A DNA stretch of 45,381 nucleotides from Terrimicrobiaceae bacterium (GTDB lineage: Bacteria; Verrucomicrobiota; Verrucomicrobiia; Chthoniobacterales; JAATET01). Shown here piece after piece: positions 42,980 through 45,381 of this stretch. The stretch covers positions 1 through 45,381 of the forward strand of contig JBDNGG010000063.1 in the NCBI GenBank assembly GCA_041689405.1. Direction: 5' to 3'. The first letter of the stretch is position 1, and every line of letters begins with the position of its first letter. The position numbers were made by a program, and so were the translations under genes. A model generated the notes under the pieces. The model saw nothing but the letters and a program-made list of their open reading frames with translations, was not told the origin of the DNA and did no database searches.

Positions 42980-44758
42980 CTATTTGTAGAGCGGACCGTA
43001 ATTCGCGCACGCGCGGAAATCCGCCCCTTCGGTATCCGCTGTCCCAAAGAGGTTCCAGGAAGCCGGACGGAAAACTCGGTCCGGGCTGACATTGTGCATG
43101 TAAACCGGAATGCGCAGCATTGAGGCCAGCGTGATATAAAGGTGTCCGACATGCCCATAAGTCATCACGCAATGGTTGGCTCCCCACTGGTTCATCACAT
43201 CATACGTGCTGCGAAATGCTCCCTCGCCGGTAAGCCGTGGAGCAAACCACGTCGTTGGCCAGGTGGGATTGGTCCGCTGGTCCAAAGCGTCATGCACATC
43301 ATCGGGAAGTTCGACGGTTTCACCTTCCGCGATTTGGAGCGCTGGCCCGAGACCTCCCGCGAGGTTCAACCGGATCATCGTCGCCTTCATCCCGCCCTTC
43401 GTTTTGAATCGAGTGCTGAGACCGCCGCCGGGGAAGTATTCCGTCATCGAGGGATGCCAGGTTGTTGCACCAAGGCAGGCCTGAACTTCCTCATCGGAAA
43501 TCTCCCAAAATGGTTTCATCGCCGGTTGCCCGTCGGCATCGGATTGTTCACCCGTGCCGTCCAGAGCCGCAGGACCGCTGTTAATCAGGTGAAGCAAGCC
43601 ATCGGGAACCGCTGGATGCGAAAATGTTTTGCCACTTGCCTCCCGAATCGCATCGAGGCTCCAATACGTGCGCAAATCAGCAAACACCTGCGCAGAATTC
43701 GTCAAGAGCCAACCAAAAAGCATGCCTGCGCCATTGAGCGCATCGTTTTCCGTAGCGACGATAATTGGCGCACGCTTTCCATTCCAATCGAACGACGAAT
43801 TCAGAATCGCTTCAAGGAAATCTCCATTCGGAAAATGGTCCGTCCATTGCCGCTGGCCTTGGAATCCGGAGGCGATGGCGAAATGCCCACGCGCCTGCTC
43901 ACCCAGGCCCATCTCTGCCAGTTTGGGATTTCCGATCATGAGATCGCGTGCGATGAGCGCCATCTTCACGGAGTCCTCCCATTCTTTATCGATCTGTTCG
44001 CGCGAGCGCACACTCGACTCGCCGTTATAATCTTTGCCTTCCGGGCAATGTTTTTTCACCCAGGCGAGCGCGCGGACATATTCGTCGCGGTCGTATTGCT
44101 CTTTTTGCATCCGGCCAATAAATTCGGATAGGTCGATCGCTTCGACACGCATTCCAAAATATTGCTCCCAAAGCGATGACTCGACCACCGATCCAGCGAT
44201 CCCCATGGAGGTTCCGCCCATGGCGAGATACGCCTTGCCCCGCATGATTGCGACGACCAAACCACATCGCGCAAATGTCAGAAGCTTCTCGCGCACGTCA
44301 GCCGGAATCGCCGGGTCTCCCGCAGGCCGGACATCCCGTCCGTAGATACCGAATGCAGGTATTCCCTTCTGCGTATGACCCGCCAACGCCGCAGCAAGAT
44401 AAACCGCGCCCGGCCGCTCCGTCCCATTGAATCCCCAAATCGCCTTTGGCAGGTGCGGATCCATGTCCATGGTCTCGGATCCGTAACACCAACACGACGT
44501 TACAGTGATGCTGAGCCCAACCCCTTCACGCCGAAATTTCTCCGCGCACGCAGCCGCCTCCGCAACGCCACCAATCGTCGTGTCAGCAATCACACACTCC
44601 ACTGGCGAACCATCCGGATAGCAGAGCTCGGAAGCAAAAAGTGCCTCCACCGCGCAGGCCTGCGCCATGGTTTGATCTTCAAGCGATTCACGCACGCCGC
44701 CAAGGCGACCGTCAATGGTTGGACGAATTCCGATTTTGGGATACTGGGTCAGTTTCAT
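42980..44758 (-). CDS. fucI: L-fucose isomerase
   Basis: 592 aa, collinear along its full length with E. coli FucI as I remember it. Matching blocks: [94 protein letters not shown]. Confidence 0.9.
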   Translation of the reverse strand: MKLTQYPKIGIRPTIDGRLGGVRESLEDQTMAQACAVEALFASELCYPDGSPVECVIADTTIGGVAEAAACAEKFRREGVGLSITVTSCWCYGSETMDMDPHLPKAIWGFNGTERPGAVYLAAALAGHTQKGIPAFGIYGRDVRPAGDPAIPADVREKLLTFARCGLVVAIMRGKAYLAMGGTSMGIAGSVVESSLWEQYFGMRVEAIDLSEFIGRMQKEQYDRDEYVRALAWVKKHCPEGKDYNGESSVRSREQIDKEWEDSVKMALIARDLMIGNPKLAEMGLGEQARGHFAIASGFQGQRQWTDHFPNGDFLEAILNSSFDWNGKRAPIIVATENDALNGAGMLFGWLLTNSAQVFADLRTYWSLDAIREASGKTFSHPAVPDGLLHLINSGPAALDGTGEQSDADGQPAMKPFWEISDEEVQACLGATTWHPSMTEYFPGGGLSTRFKTKGGMKATMIRLNLAGGLGPALQIAEGETVELPDDVHDALDQRTNPTWPTTWFAPRLTGEGAFRSTYDVMNQWGANHCVMTYGHVGHLYITLASMLRIPVYMHNVSPDRVFRPASWNLFGTADTEGADFRACANYGPLYK

Positions 44759-44856
44759 TAGATAAAAAACGGGGCGCTGCCATCATTTAACCGCACCGGA
44801 GCACGCGATCAGCAGGTGATAAAAATGCTGCCGGAGCGTTCGGCGGGATTGAGCGG

Positions 44857-45375
44857 TTAATTCATCGAGAACGGGCTGTACACCGACTCCTCGTAGCCGG
44901 AGTCATAAAATCCATCGACAATCGGTTCATTGTAACCAAACGGCGCCTCGTCCTGAGCCAGCGGGGTATTATAATACTGGTCCGCCTGCTGCTTCTTCGA
45001 GCGGGCCGCAGCTGCTGGAGGCTGATACGCATAGAGTCCTTCCGTTTCGCCCAAATAATGAACCACCTCGGACGACGCACCTGCCGCAGTAAGACCATCG
45101 ATCTGCGACGGCGTCAGGCTGTATACTTTCTCCGTACTCTGGAGATAGCTCACGATGATGTGGCTTGGCACTCCGGCCCGCACGAGCGCAACGATGTCGT
45201 TATACGCAAGCGCCTGCCCGGTGTAAACTTTCTCATAGGTGCTGCCCGTCACCCCGCGGGACGACAGGGCATCGGTGATCTGGGAATCCACTGCCGGCCC
45301 CGAAGCACATCCAGATACCAAAACAGTGAGAGCGACGGCGAGAGCGCAGGCAAGGGGACGGGAGATCTGAAACAT
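44857..45375 (-). CDS. Hypothetical lipoprotein
   Basis: Lipobox LVSGC after the hydrophobic signal MFQISRPLACALAVALTV. 172 aa. Confidence 0.65.
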   Translation of the reverse strand: MFQISRPLACALAVALTVLVSGCASGPAVDSQITDALSSRGVTGSTYEKVYTGQALAYNDIVALVRAGVPSHIIVSYLQSTEKVYSLTPSQIDGLTAAGASSEVVHYLGETEGLYAYQPPAAAARSKKQQADQYYNTPLAQDEAPFGYNEPIVDGFYDSGYEESVYSPFSMN

Positions 45376-45381
45376 GAGTAA

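Noticed and set aside
42284-44131. 279-aa and 329-aa plus-strand ORFs (42284..43123 and 43142..44131)
   Set aside because: They are antisense shadow ORFs of the PIG-L deacetylase and fucI genes. They have no recognisable motifs and biased composition.

Overview
GC-rich 45.4-kb bacterial chromosomal window, densely coding and mostly on the minus strand. Gene content suggests a PVC-type organism such as Verrucomicrobiota, but that is inference only. I support 38 CDSs, one tRNA and a few non-coding elements. Left to right: tRNA-Glu(CUC); a leuD / urate oxidase / ketosynthase / degenerate-ketosynthase string; a divergent pair of membrane proteins; family-4 uracil-DNA glycosylase; rluD; a zinc-ribbon Ser/Thr kinase. 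Next comes a long minus-strand run: FG-GAP protein, nucleotidyltransferase, APH-fold sugar kinase, glgE, GNAT-like protein and HDAC-like deacetylase. Then gltB with a clear intrinsic terminator, divergent from a sigma-54 activator and a polytopic membrane protein, followed by xseB-dxs and an acidic His/Asp heptad protein. A roughly 12-kb MoxR-DUF58-VWA (Bat/aerotolerance-type) operon follows, extended by four unassignable envelope genes and a sulfotransferase. The window ends with nagB, a PIG-L deacetylase, fucI and a lipoprotein. I found no CRISPR array, transposase, integrase, phage genes or recognisable defence genes. The best candidate for an undescribed system is the translationally chained accessory module (28508..32591) at the end of the Bat-type operon. 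Secondary candidates are the catalytic/degenerate ketosynthase pair, the nucleotidyltransferase-kinase-GlgE operon, the GNAT-like/HDAC pair, and the gltB sigma-54-like promoter beside an orphan sigma-54 activator. All family calls rest on motifs read by eye and remembered family signatures; no database search was run.
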